DNA of 64,000 nucleotides from Haplodiscus bocki (Eukaryota): NCBI GenBank assembly GCA_965655095.1, contig OZ296657.1, positions 46,500,001 to 46,564,000 of the forward strand, read 5' to 3'. Shown piece by piece: positions 50,368 to 64,000 of this stretch (position 1 is its first letter; each line of letters starts with the position of its first letter). The notes under the pieces were generated by a model. It saw only the letters and a program-made list of their open reading frames with translations, ran no database searches and was not told where the DNA came from. The position numbers and the translations under genes were made by a program.

Positions 50368-52142
50368 CAAACTAAGTTACCTTCTTGAACTTTTTGTTAA
50401 AAGTCACCTGATTAAAAGCATCGACAAATTGGTGCTCATTTGGTAGAATGCCTCTGCCGCTGAAACTTGGGAAGGTCTTCCAAGGAAAAGTACTCAACAG
50501 GATATTATAAAATCTGCAAAAGCGTAAAATTTCAGCAAAGAAAGGAAAACGAAAAACCACCATGGTAATAACGTCTTTCCTCTTTCTGCTTCATCAGTGG
50601 CAAAAAATTGATGAATCAGATTTGAGATTGCAAATGCAACATCTCTATTGTTTTGTTTTTCTCGCCTCTCCGAGTTCAGAACTTCAACGTGAGATTGCGG
50701 AACTCGTCATTAATTTTATCCAGCACATTCCGTGATTTCCAAAGTAAAAACGCAAAACGCACGCAGCTGGCTTGCTAAGCACTGGTACTGCGAGAATGCT
50801 TTGTTACAAAACTCGAGTCATGGGGTGTTTTGTCTCAATTTCATGAGCACGTCCACATACTTCTTTCGCAATAACCTCAAACAAGCTGAAGATGAGGAAT
50901 ATCGTTTCGTTCATTTTGACTTCGTTTTAATCTGTTCGAGTAAATTGGTTCTTTTGCAGCGTTAACAAGCTTGGCCTTGATCTCTCATCTTTCAAAAACC
51001 ATTGCGACGATTGAAAAGGAAATGCAGGCAACATAAGCGAATGGATTGTTTTCCTTGAAGTTTCTCAGAGAACTTTTTAGACAAGATTCAAGACTACACG
51101 TTACACTCTTTGAGGTTGTCCTAACAGTTATTCTGCTATACAAGAGCCGGACATAATGCTCTGATGTTCCAAAGCTAGTAATGTGTTCAAAATCCAAGAT
51201 CTAAAATTTGGATCCAGAAGTTCTCAACCGGGTATAATTAGATGTTTGAGAGCATTGATGGCTGGTCGTGATTATCCTGGAATGAGTAGAAAAGGTCCAC
51301 CAATTTCAGGCAAAAACTTTGAGTTGGTGGATTGGTTTTTATATTCAATAAATCGTCTTCTCGATGTGTCTGAACGTCAGTTGCCATAACGTGTAGACGA
51401 CGTGGCGGTGGTGGGAGTTATACTGCCGTACTACCGTAAGACTATTGGAGGTTTTCTCGTATGAGTCCGTGATGGTGACAAATCGAATGTCTTTGCATTT
51501 ATCTAGAACTGCGGACCGTGGTTGGAGTCTCCTACAAGAGCAACACCAAGGTTCAACAAAGAGAAGAGCGCAGAAGTTTGATTAACTATCTCACGTAAAA
51601 CTGTGCATGCGGTTTCGGTGGCTACTACTTGTGTTTTTTCATTGTTTGTCAGATAATTTTGCCTCGGGGTTGATGTTGGGTAGTTCGGTTCTAAGCGAAG
51701 AGTCAAGGAAAGCGTTCAATTTTTCGGTTTGATCGACTTTGATTTGTTGTTAATTTGAGTGCTGTTTATATTGGTCGTTAGAAATCAAATTTTGGCTGTT
51801 AGGATCTTTATTCCTTAAATGTCGGAAGAGTCTCTTTTCAGAGTGATTCTGAAGTAGCTTATGTCACACGTTCGGAAGTTTCACAGATTCAAATGCAAGT
51901 TTCGATCGGTTTGTTTGTGCTAAAATGTGTTCACTGGTTGGTGTTTTTCGCGAATTGGAATGTTCATCTGAACCAAAAGATGCAGCAAACGTGAAACATT
52001 CCAGATTAGCAGAGTTATACAACCAACAAAATCAGGGTTTTGAAATCCTCGATGTTTTTCGAATGTTTAGAGTTTGATGTTCTATCGAGAGTCGTGCTCA
52101 ATGTGATAGCTGCGGTTTCTCGGCTAGTAATGCAAGGTCGTT

Positions 52143-52596
52143 TCCGCAGTAGAGAACACATTGGTAACGTTGATGATTAAGTCATGTTGTCATCAATAAC
52201 ATCAATGATGCATCAATTCTACATCGAACATCGTAAACATTGACGAATCTTTGATATTACATCAATGTTTCATCCATGTTTTCAATGTTTTTCCACATTG
52301 AAGCCAGCGATGTTCCATTTACTAAATATCAATGATTCATCGATGAAACATCGATGAATCATCAATAAAACAATGATGAATAACCGATGCAGAAAAAGAT
52401 ACGTTTACGTGTTCTATGGCTGAATTGAAAGACATAAAACTAGGAAATTTTAAAATTTCATTTTTTCCAATCAAATTGAGCAAAACCATAGCTCTTGGGC
52501 AAATGATGTGACAAATTGGGATCGTAAGTAACGGCGTGAATTTACCAGTGGACAATCAGGCTGATCAAAATTTGATTTGAAATGTTCTTACTGGGA
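52143..52596. repeat. Probable MITE-like element with many (A)CATCRATG palindromic units
   Basis: Dense catcgatg/catcaatg motifs at 52160-52390; imperfect terminal inverted repeat CC.CAGTA.GAACA / TGTTCTTACTGGG. Confidence 0.4.
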
Positions 52597-54883
52597 AACG
52601 ATTTGCTGATTAATTTCAGCATGGTTCTCCATCAACAGCATCGGGTGTCGTTCATTCCTGTTGCATAGAAAATCGAGGTCAATGTTAAAGTCTTTTTTTC
52701 TGGACTTACATCATTGCTTCCCCAGAACTCAGTAAGGATTCGCTTCCAAAAAGTTAAGGAAAATGGATGAAAGTTAGCTGGTTCACAACTTTATCCAGGG
52801 GTCATCTGTAAAACGAGACATGTAAACGTGCTAGCTTCATCATGCGTCCAACGTAAAAAAGTGAAAATGGACAATGTCGAACGTATGGGAAGCAATTGCA
52901 GTGTAAGTGCGCATTATCGCACAGGAGTTGAAAGACTTGAAAGCCTTAACTGGTATAGTTGAATGTTTCATCCACTGCGGATTGTTAGAAGGGAAATTTT
53001 CACACCATATTTTCTCAAAGGTTAAAAATGCGCATGAAGAGTAGTGCTCAAGATTTTGACCCTGAGAAAGCTTGCCGTGTTACAACTGTCAGAGTAATGC
53101 TTGTGATATCAACGGTATTGAACACAAAACAAATTGACGTGATGGATTCGACACTGTTTACTGTTTTGTAGAAGTTGCCATGCATGGTGAGGTTCGTTTT
53201 GAAATTTTAATTCGAAGTGATCAAAGACTTAATGATTTGTTCATTGCAAAAAAATTGTTGAATCACATTAGCCTAGATTGGTTGAGGAACAGGAATGACG
53301 TTGTTTTCTTCAAGTTCTTAGAATAGCTCCTGCTGACTTTCTTTGCGCCTTATTACACCTTTTTCGGCAATTAACCGAGGTGGGGATTTCCGGTGAAAGC
53401 ATTCAGAAAGTTTCTAATCAGAGTTCTCTCAGATGCGCCTACTGTCTTATATCGAATCTTAATTCAACGGACGAAACGGTTTTATTATTTTTGAAAAACA
53501 AGCGGTGGCTCCGGTTGCGAGGCTCTTTCAGCCGTTTGGATATATAGTTCGGGAGGAACCAACAACCAGGGGAACATACGGAAAGTGATTCGTTCTCAGT
53601 CCCTTCATAAGCGTCATTATCGTTCATATTCATGTTCATAATATCAATTTAACTATTTTCTCCAGTGCCTTTCGTAATATGTGCCATGTGCTTTTTTGAA
53701 GCTGTGAGTATCTGGTAGTGAAAGAGGATGAAAAACTGTGTACTTAATTCAAGATTTTAGCTGATGTGTAATTGAGATAATGACAACGGTCGGTCACTAA
53801 GAGTCTATAGTCGCTTCTGCATGGTGTTCTTAACTTGATTCAGAAACCGTTCTTCTGTGCAGGTTACTTAGTCGGTTTTGTGCAGGAAATGCTTGTAGAG
53901 CTCTTGAAGCCCAAACGTCGTCGAGTGAGCAAAAAGGTTTTGCCTGACCCTCCGAAAATGATGCAAGCGTTTCCAAAGTTGAACCACCTTCGTCAGGAGT
54001 AAAAAGTAGGCCGACCATTGTAGCTTCAGCTAGTTGAAATTTGGAACGCTACCGCTGTGGTTTTGTTATATGGGGCGTAGCAGCTGGACTCAGGCAGGTA
54101 AAAAGAGCAGTAGCCGGTTTTTACTAAGATTCTCTTGCTCCAAAAACAGAGGCTGCCTAAGTAGTCATGAATGGAAATGTTAAGAGGGACGGGAAAATAA
54201 AATTCTTATTTGTATCAGTTTTTGCGTTAATCGAGGCATGTAGAAGTCTCAACGTTGCGGTTTTTTTCCGTTAAAAACCAACCATCTATTCAATTCAGAA
54301 TTACGCACGTCGTGCCGAAGCGATAACTTCTGATTGATGTTTTATTTCGGAAGGGAAACCCTGTTTGTTCGATTTGTTTAAAAAGTTTGGCCAGATTCGG
54401 AGTCTCCAAGAACCCAAAATGAAAGCTATTTGCTGATTGGACCTGTAGATCAATTCGGTGGCCATGTTCTTCGTTTCAAAAGGAGTGTCTAATGTAGGCG
54501 GAATTTTACCCATTGCTTAGTAGGGAGTGGATTCACTGAAGCAGATACATGTCTATTTAGCTTTTTCTGAAATGACTATGCTAACAGGGTTGCCAAAATT
54601 TGTCAACACTCTTCGTATGCTAATTACCTATTGAATCAGCCCTATATTTGCCAGCTTTACAACTTGTTGCAATGGTCCGTCTCCCAAAAGTTGCTGTAAA
54701 ACAGTTCCATTCAGAAGATTGAGAACGAAAATTACGCTTCACTTTATCCATACCATCAGTATAGCAAATAATTTGTTTCAACAGAATGCGAGAACAACAA
54801 AGTTTAATCGCTTCGGTAAATCCCATTGGACGAGATTGGAATGCCTTCATTCTGTCAGTCCCGCTGAGTGGTTGGCTGTAAAC

Positions 54884-55331
54884 ACCCTAGTGTACAGATA
54901 AAACATGCAAAATGCATGCATGCATGCAGCCAAACTTTTTTATTAAACATGGAAAATTCAGACATCTTGCATGGAAAATTCTACAAAATTTGTCTGCACT
55001 TTGCAAAATTCTTGCAAAAACTGCCTGCAACATGGAAAATTTTTGAAAAATCCTTCATGGTTTGAGGATTCAATTTGATGTTTTCGGGTCCAGAACATCG
55101 TTTCCTTCCTCTAAACTTAGACTGGAATCCTAAAAGCTTTTCTGAGGGAAAAGACTGGAATTCTAAAAACTTTTCTGAGGGAAAATGTCAACAAAAACTC
55201 AAATTAAATTTTGAAAAGAAAAATAATTCTTTACAAATGTATTTAAAAAATGAATAAAACACAACAATTTAAAGAAAACCACTCCAAAAAAATTACAAAA
55301 AATCTCAATTTGACCGTTTTTACTGACTGGC
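54884..55331. repeat. Probable non-autonomous DNA element with TGCA-rich repeats and an internal 33-bp tandem duplication (55120-55185)
   Basis: CCC.AGT / ACTGGG ends, repeated TGCA/CATG motifs, and two copies of GACTGGAAT.CTAAAA.CTTTTCTGAGGGAAAA. Confidence 0.4.
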
Positions 55332-55399
55332 ATCCAAGTTCCGGACACATCCATTGACCAAGCCCACATGCAGCTGTCCAGGAGCTATGTAATTGCATA

Positions 55400-58300
55400 C
55401 GCCGATTCTAGCTCGAAAGGAATTATCTGAAACATTGAAACAAGTGTAAGAAAGTCTTCACCTTGAGAAGTTCTGGAGGATCAAAAACGAAAGATGTTTT
55501 TTTTTCGGAAAACGATGTCGAAAAGTTTTTAGCTACTTTGATGGAGTCAGAGTTTGAACTTTTTCTTTTTTAGGCTAAATTTTTGCGGTGGCGTTTGCGT
55601 TCCTTTCTTACCTTGGCGTTTCTGTCGAGTTGAGTACATCAATGGTAAACATGTGCACGCCCTTGAATATTTATCTTACAGGGTGTTTATTTTTCACGGG
55701 AGGATTAGTCTTTTTTTGAAAGGCTGTTGTCTTCTCGTGAATTTTACATGAGGAAACCTGTTGGGCTTTAAATAAACTAGATTTTCCGGCTTTAGTCGAT
55801 ATTAGTCGGACTACATCTATGCAGGTCCAACCGGCAACCCGAGCTAGATTTTTCACAGTTCTTGCGACTATGCTAGTCAGGGCATACACTCCACTCCAAT
55901 AAATTAGATTCCTTTCAGTTTCTGTCCAAAACGAAATGAGTCTTTTGACAGAGTCAACCGGCCTAAACTCAATTTTGTGCCACGGTGCCACTGTAAGAAA
56001 AGTTTCTTAAGGTTGTCTTGTTGCGTTGAGCCAATTCAAAGGACCATCACTATGCGTGTGTAATAAAACGGAAGTTGCATGCCGGGTCTAGCAGTCGTAG
56101 CGTTTCAGATGAAATGTCACGGCAGTTTTTCATTGACATTGATATTTCGACGATAATCACTTTTCTAGTTCGAATAAAAAGACCGTCCAAGTGTTGACAG
56201 CAAATTTGATTTAGCGTGGCTTTCTTCTGCAAAGAAGTTAACTTCTTTGTCGAAATTTGGCCCTTTGGTTGAACGAATTTCAGTTTGGTGTCTACAATTT
56301 TCACGGCTGATGACTTTTGGTCAGTCGAAACAATGTTGATCACTACTCTTGATTTCATAAAAGGAGCGCTTGTCGATTACTTCATAACCCAACACTTAAC
56401 CACTGCTTCAAATCTGAACAACAGAAGAATGGGCTCAAAAGACTCTTTCCCGAGTGTGCGTGAAATCAAAAACAATGTGTGACAGGAGACCCACCACAAA
56501 AAATTTCGTCACCAACTGTTGGATAGGCCAATTTTGGCACTCTCTGCACAAAGTTGGAGAAACAAGCGGAAGTTCCAGGGCAGTTTGAAGAGTTTGATTT
56601 ATCGGTGGTATCATTAGGTTGTCGCTAGCGGTCAAGGCGGAACGGATTACCAAGCTTGACAAAGCTTTTAAACTGATGGCCGTAATCAAAATCCATGCTG
56701 ACATACAGTTATCAAACATCATTTGTTCATTTAAAAAAGTTTTCCAAAGCAGAGGTGCTTTTGAGATGTTCCTAAAGCAATTCTTTGCATCGTTTCATCA
56801 AGATCATTTTCCTTAAAATTGGACTTTCTTTTAGCGCCCAGATGACCAAACAGGTTCACAACGACACCAATGTCAGACCAAGGACTGGTATCTGGCAATT
56901 GCTTGGCGTCGATAATGTATGTCTCTACAGAGCCACCCATTTGCCTGAATGTACTATGGGTTAAACTCAACATGTTCACAACTTCAGTCAAGAAAATGGG
57001 CGTCAAATGTTTTCAAGGGAGCTATCAGTCAGGATCAGTACTTGTTTTGAGAATTTTTATTTTTGATTCAAGGAGCGGGAGCATTGATATCAGCAGTGAA
57101 ACATGGGTTTTAGTAACGGCCTTGAAAGTTACGTTGGTTGCGTGCAGTGGAGCGTCCGTTTTAAAAAGGAAGGTTTGGCTTAGCTAACTCCCAGTCATGG
57201 TATGCAGTTAGCTGGCCGTGGAGTTGTTGATTCGGCATGCATCCGCATAAAGGGTTCCAGTGTCGAGGGTATTTCAAATTAGCAGTGCGTACCATATCAA
57301 ATTGGTTTTAAAAAGATGATTTTGTGCCTAGAGGAGATAAAACATACTGAAGGTGGCGTAGAAATTACAATCAGTTCATCCTAACTATTACATTTTTCCA
57401 TTTCTTGTGGTACAGATAAAAGACGCACGATGACTATGTAGATTTCATGTGGGAGAGTGTTCACGGATGATGCACTTTTGGCTGATCGTGCTCGGCTTTC
57501 TGAGTTACCTAAAGTTTCACTTAAATTTCCACAATTTTCAGCAGTGGCTCTGCCTAGGTCCGACTAGTTGTCTTTTTTGAAGCGGTTTTGCTGCAGAAAG
57601 ACTTTTTTAGCTGAAGTTCCAACACTTGCATCAAAAAACAATTACTTGCAATAGTTTTTTGACGATGACTGCCCATTCTTCGATCGTCTGGTATAGTAAT
57701 GGACGAATCATGTGGAGCTAAAGGCTCTTTGTCATTGAACTCAGAAGTTGAAACCAGAACTTCAGCACCTGGAGCAAAGACTTCGAGAATGCGTTGAACT
57801 ATTCCTTATTGTTATAGGTAGTGGTTTGTGGTTGCTCCTTGTATACTGCGAAAGTGGAAAATATGAATAACAGTCTTAACCGTGTCAACAGTTGATGTGC
57901 CAGGTGCAAAAGACGCGGACGCTGTGTTCCTTGGTGCTGATGGCGTCATATCTTGAGCAAACAAGGTCATTTTTGGATTGATGGAAAGTAATGGTGTCAT
58001 CGGATTTGCAAGAAAGAGACCAGTAGGCCGGCCTAATTTCGTTCCACTGGACTTGAAAACTCCATGTCCCAACCATTGAACACGAGCCTCTACTGAGTTG
58101 AATGTGACGAGCTGAGTTGGGAGTTTATTCAAGTAATTGACTTCTTTGGTCACTTTCCGTGAATTTTACGCCCTTGTTCCTTTTCTTTTGTAGTTTAATT
58201 TTGAGTTTTTTGGGTAGGTTCAGGATTGGACACTCGAAGCTATCAGCATGACGAAAAGACAAAACTTTAAATTGAGTTTTTCGTCAGCTGGACTTACAAC

Positions 58301-61300
58301 TAAGTCATTGCTCAGTTGTATCTTGTAAATCCAAAAGAAGTAAAGGATTCAAAACATCCACAGCAACTCTAACCGAGCAGCTGGTTTCTTCACTTGCATT
58401 TACGATGCCGTACCGCCAATCGCTTTCCCTTGATTGTCTGAACGTAGTCTTGATCTCTAGGTTTCCTTCGAATAGTTTTGTATTGTGTCAAGTGGAAGCC
58501 AACTGTTTATCGAGAACAGCTTTACTTTCGAATACAGCCGGTGTGTAGGTCAAACGCTCCATTGAAGCCAGCGTTCTGTTTTGGTAACTTGATTTGAAAT
58601 GTAAAACTTCTACATCACATAGTTGGTCCCATTCATCAGAATGGCGTCGGACAATGCAATCTGACGGGTGAGCAGTGACTGTGTCAAGCAATTTCCCAAA
58701 ATAAAAAGGTGAAGCCTATCCTCGTGGTTCAGTGATCCTACGTATGTGCTCGTATGCTGTAGATTTTTTTCCTGGCCTTTTGTGTTCCGGTTCTGACTCA
58801 AGCTTGGGCCAACCAGGAACTACAACTGTTAGGCATTGATAAAAAGACAGTTTTGCTATTTTCGCCATTCGTTTTCAATCGATCAACAATCAGAAGTGTT
58901 CTAGGAAGACGAAAACTCCAACAACTAGTTCAATATAATCCGAGAAGAGAAAAAAACCACATGAAGAATTGGTTAGGGAGAAATTGTAGTTCACATGCAA
59001 GGTCAAACTCTACCGGTTGCTGCAAAAAGGTTTTGCACATGTGCTCCAGGGCCTACATGTATGTTGACTTAACTTCAACGGAAACAAAAATGTGAAAGGG
59101 CACTTCCACGAAGCAGTCGCTTAGAATGCCTTTAACCGGTCGTAGAAAAATTTGGGAGGTTTCAAGTTTTGTTCTTGCAGTCAAGCGGAAAAACCAGAAA
59201 AAATGTTTGAGTGACTCTTTGTAACAAATTCGGGAATTCTATTGGAAAAAACTTTTACTGCAGAAGGTTTTCTTCTGGACAATAATCCACAAATTGATGT
59301 TTGTGTCAAACCAGTTTCGTGTTTAAAAACTGGTAAGGTGTGTATGATTTGAGTTGCAATTTCAACGGCAGATACATTTCGTTGATTAAAACTTTTTGTT
59401 CGATTTCTGATTCAAAATTAACAGAAAGTAATAATTGAGTTCCACATCCTTGGGTTTTTCAGTATCATTGTATATTTGCCACACTGCGATCTGCGCACTG
59501 AAGAAAATAAGGACAATCTTCAAAATTTTTCTGAGTGGATTCCTTTAGTGTTTACCGGAGCAAACGTGACCTCGAGCCAAATCAATGGAGTCTCAAACAG
59601 TCGAATTGTTGGTTGATAAGCTAATTATCAAACTTTTCGATCACAAAGTTTTTATGAAAAGTAAAGAGATGTTTTGCAAGTATCTAAAACTTTGAAATTC
59701 AAGACGTCCGTTTTTGCCCGTGGAAAGCTTTGTAATTTCTTCTAATTCCAGATCACACTACTGTATTGACATACCGGCCTCCTCATTTGTGTCTACTTGC
59801 ATATACAAAGTGTTTTCAATTTCATTCACATCGATTACTCTGTTATCCTATTTTTCTTTTGGAAAAAAATTCAATCAATTCTGAGCAGTTGCTATTTTGT
59901 TTTTTTTTACTCCAACCATTCGAACATTCGAAACTGCTAATTGGCTAATTGTTTGGCAGCCCATTTTCTGGAAAAGGAATCAATTACTTTTAAATTTGAT
60001 GAGAATTTGTTGTGTCAGAATTATTTGATAGTTTAAGTAACCAGCTTCCGTAAAAGTTCGGCAATGATTCATCTCTAAATGGTGTGTCTCTCGGTTTGTT
60101 CTGTTTCAAACAGAACTACTGTGTGCTTGAAGACCTATTTCAACCGAACTACCTTGGGTTCAATAAAACTTTCACTTTTTTAAACTTGGAAGCGGGTGTG
60201 AATTGCTTTTGTACAATTTTTGTCACTTCTTATCAAGATCACTTCAGTCGTTACCGCCACCACTGACATGGAAAGTTCAGAAACCGATGACGTGAGAAGA
60301 GTATTACGTAACATTGTCCAGTTGTATTAAGCTCGTGAATACCATTGTTTCAACTAAATTTTCAAAAAAAATTTGAGGTGCAACTTGTTCTATTCGATAA
60401 ATCATCGTAGTATCATTTCAATCGTCAGAGACTCTTCCCGCGTTCAACAAACTGCCGTCAGTCAAAAGTAACACCGAGGCCTGCAAAAGGCAAAATCTAT
60501 CACCAGAAGCTTTGATATGGTGCCAAAGTACAAACAACGTAGATTGAAACGTTGTAGACCTTTGTTCTAGTTCCGTTTTTGGGTACTTGTTCAATTTTTG
60601 TTTCACTGCCGGAAAGAAGGTGGCGACGATTTTTAGATGGTTTTCTAGAAAAGGAGAACCAAGCACTCCATGGATTTTGTTGAATTCTCTGATAATAAAA
60701 AAACTTCATGTTCGTTGGAAGTACGACGTCATTGCCTCAGAAAAGCCTAAGTTGTAGGCCGGGTGATGATTTAAAATGGATTGAGTTCCAAACTCAGTGG
60801 TCCTGTCTTTTTTGAAGCAATTTAAGGGGCCTATTTCCATTTGGAAAACGTGACTTGTCTGAAAAAGGACTTGCTCCGTGGGAGTGTACGTCGTCATCAT
60901 TCATGACAACGCCAATGTTCTTACCTCTAAGGTTGACAAACTCAAAAGGCTAGTGGAGAAGTTGTAGAAGTAAAAAGGAATTTTTTATATTTACGATGGT
61001 GCAGCATTCCTTTTGAACAATCCTTTGAATCTTATGAGGTCCATCTCATCAATTGCAACAAATTTTGCTTCCATTTCTAGGTTTTGCTTTGATGAAAACC
61101 CAACATTGATATGCTTTCTTTTTAGCCAGAGATTTTTCTTTTGGTTGTCAAAGTATTTTTTTTCGTCATTGGGTTGGTTTAGTGTTTTTACCAACATGTT
61201 AATGCAGTTCCTGCTGTTGTTGCAGCATTCCAGAGATTTTATTGAAAACAGTATGCAAGTCGTGTCGACGTCTCTGGAAATACTAGGATTCAACAAGAAG

Positions 61301-64000
61301 GTACACCAATTGAGTCATGCATGGTTGCATTGAAGATGCCAGTAACTTCATCCACAACGTCGATTCCGGTCAACTACGCCTCTAGAGTGAAAAAAGTTCA
61401 ACACTTACAACAAAGCCCGGTTCTGCCATAAATCAGTTCCGTCATCTTCACTATTCAGCTGCTAAAAACAATGCAATCTAAAATCGACTTGAACAAAAAA
61501 TCCGGCTACCACTGGCATTTTTCCGATTTCCCAATTTGGTTAAGTTGTTTTCTTAAAAAATGAAAGCGATTTTCCTCAAAAACTTTTCATCTTCATGAAA
61601 GTTTCTGATTGTTCAACTATAACTTTTTTGATTTTACGCTAGAAAAGCTCTTAATTAAGATGAAAAACCTGTTTCGGAAACAATATCAATTGAGACAAGG
61701 AACAAGGAACATCTTTTGGTAGTTTTCAGTAGCATTCATTGAAAAATGAAATATGGATGTTTCCTCAAGAACTGAATGAGACACCTATATGGTTGAGTTG
61801 TTGCAATGCGTTTGAAAAGAGAACGCTTTGTCCTTGAGGGCTTCAGTCCTCCTACCACTTAGTACAGTGAGCGCTTCAGCGTCCAGGTTCTCTAATTGAG
61901 GCCATTCGAAACGTAAAAAAAACTCTGTGGCTCGGTTTTCATATACATTGGTGACCAGTAGTGTTGTGAGACAACGAAAAAACATCTAAGTCGTACCTTC
62001 TTAGTACAGCCATTTGATTGTTGGTTCTATTTTGTGCTCAGATTTTTTTCGTTCTCTATAAACACTAATCCAGCCTTTGCGACCTGAGGAGTTTTTGGTC
62101 GCAAAGGTAAGGTTTGATGACAAATTTTAGTTTCCGAGAAATTGTCGGTGGTAGAATTGTCAACTTCTTCTAAAATTTTTTTCGGAGTCCCGATTCGAAT
62201 AACTACGTCCTGGTCTTTTAAAGTTACTAGTATATATTAGTTTGTCGTTTTTTTCCAGTATAAAGTTTCTCTTTCCACGGGACCAATGTGGTCTTACATT
62301 GAGCTTGTTTGAAGTTCTCTGAAACGCCACGCGCCTCAGTCACCTAAATTTTTTGAAATCGGATGACTTAGACAGGTTAATCAAGAAACGCTACCGCAAC
62401 CATTTCGATATTGTTTTCTCCTGAAGTAATTTCGCGGAAAATGAGCTTTGTTGATTGTTTTCGAGAATACTTCGTCAAGATTTATCAAATTAGGGACGAC
62501 CAGGAAGTTCATAGAATTGTTTGTCAGAGAAATAGGAAATCCTACCTTGTGGTTTTGGTTGCTCTTGCATCATAGTCTCCTGAAATCCGTGATTTTTTGT
62601 TTTTTACTCCTTCCATCGTTGTTCTGAGGTTTGTTTCTACATCTATGATGAATATCAAAACGATTTTCACCCATTGTAATAGTCAATCTACCGACGATAC
62701 CTTTGTTCAATAAAAAAGGACTCGACCAAAGTACTGTTCGATTATCAACTCTTAAAATGAATTCATAACAACCGAAGAAGAAACTGAAATATTCATTAAA
62801 GTAAGCCACAGCTGGAATCCCAGCCTTAGGATCTGTGTTGCTTCATTCAGCAGCATTGGGAAATTATCATGTTTGAAGCATCCTCCTCCAAAAAAAAACA
62901 ATCTTTCAATATCTGAAGAAGCAAAAACTGCATCAGATCAAGTTCTTTCTTTCTGCAACTCAAAACCGTGCGGCACTTATGCACCCCAGTCCGAGGGCTT
63001 GATTGGGCAACTCAGGTTAGCCGAAGATTTAGCTTTAGTAGCATAAAAGTGACGAAATCCCATTAACAAATGGCTAAACCTAGGAAAACAGGCACTTGTT
63101 TTCAATTTGGGCTAAGTGTCTCAAATCTGTTCCGGCTCGCGGTACTCCTACGTGATGATCTCATACTCAGCAAATTTTTAAACCTCAATTCAGCATTTCT
63201 AAGGCAGCCAAGAGCCGCCCTCAAACGATCAGCACGGTCTTCAACTGCTGCGCTAGTTATAACTACACCATCCATGTAACTTATCATGAGTCCTCAATTT
63301 CGCTGAACTGTGTCTCTCAAAACAATCGTCATTAAAAGCGCAGCACAAATTGTTCCAAACGATGGAAAGCACATTTCACCAATTGGGCGTTTCGGAATTC
63401 ACATCATATTTGAAAATGCAGCACTTTGTCCGAGCCATTAATTTGGCACTGGTCAAAGGCCGGTAAGAAGGTTGAATCAGTCAATGTCTCTGAAAGTTTT
63501 ATTTATCTATTGAAAGGAGTTCTGCGACCTTCTTCGTCCAACGGTAATGCTCTTGTTTCTCAGTCTCTTATGCGTTCTCACACTTTACTTCTTCCAAAGT
63601 CAGCTTTTCCTTCTTGAAGAAGGAATGCTTCAAATTTAAAAACTTTGCATTTTCTCTAAAAGTCTGAAAACCATGTTTCGCTTTTGGTTTCTCTATGTAT
63701 GCCAGGGTAAGCCTTAATTCGTCACGGCACTTAAGCTATCTGTGTGATACACACATTCATAACACAATGCGTTGTTAAAAGAAACAGAAAATTCAGAAGA
63801 ACGGTCACTTTTCTAAATTTATGATCAAAAACTGAACTTTTTTTCGAAAACTAGCACCAACAAAAAATCAGTTTGTTTGGGAGATCAAGATGCCACAATC
63901 TATTTGAATTAAAGCTGCAGAGTATGAGGATGATGTTTTCCTCAAGGAGGTGGTTACCTACAAGAAACCAATTTATTGCAGTAATACAGAAGTTCAATGG
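55400..64000 (-). mobile_element. Heavily eroded Gypsy LTR retrotransposon (RT ~63050-63650, RNase H ~62570-62950, integrase ~60400-61400, long downstream relic ORFs)
   Basis: ISYMDGVVI...RL....CLR.A.L (RT YxDD relic) and F.LRVDN.....W...FDIHHR...K.QNNDG.S (RNase H). Boundaries are uncertain and no LTR was identified. Confidence 0.65.

Noticed and set aside
49892-50371. Solo-LTR interpretation from flanking CAAA/CAAA
   Set aside because: The adjacent PBS-like sequence and the partner LTR with a PPT fit a full BEL element better; a 4-bp A-rich match is likely by chance.
52690-52810. Minus-strand PG...FWGSNDV resembling SGNH blocks II/III
   Set aside because: No block I or V was found and the frame is broken, so the evidence is insufficient.
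1-64000. CRISPR arrays, rRNA, tRNA or prokaryotic operons
   Set aside because: No repeat-spacer arrays or recognisable structural RNA genes were seen; the content is eukaryotic.

Overview
AT-rich, transposon-dense window that looks like invertebrate animal nuclear DNA (taxon not determinable from the sequence alone). Host content is sparse. It comprises an intact intronless MTERF4 (minus strand), a frameshifted intronless MFSD1 (plus strand), and a decayed multi-exon FANCB-like gene whose ~20-kb intron appears to contain both. The rest is a stack of mostly degenerate, nested retroelements: a CRE-like LINE relic, several CR1/L2-type LINEs, a Tigger/pogo DNA transposon carrying an RTE LINE, two Penelope-like fragments with minimal hammerhead ribozymes, an env-bearing Gypsy (30415-42695), a BEL/Pao element (43074-50367) and a heavily eroded Gypsy at the right end. 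Three observations stand out. (1) The same ~200-aa SGNH-fold-like, basic-tailed accessory ORF sits upstream of ORF1 in a LINE and upstream of gag in the BEL LTR element. (2) The env-bearing Gypsy encodes a TARG1/OARD1-type macrodomain after integrase. (3) All three host genes have a TTTTCAG acceptor 4-8 nt before the ATG, suggestive of SL trans-splicing. Protein family calls come from manual translation and recalled motifs; no database search was run.
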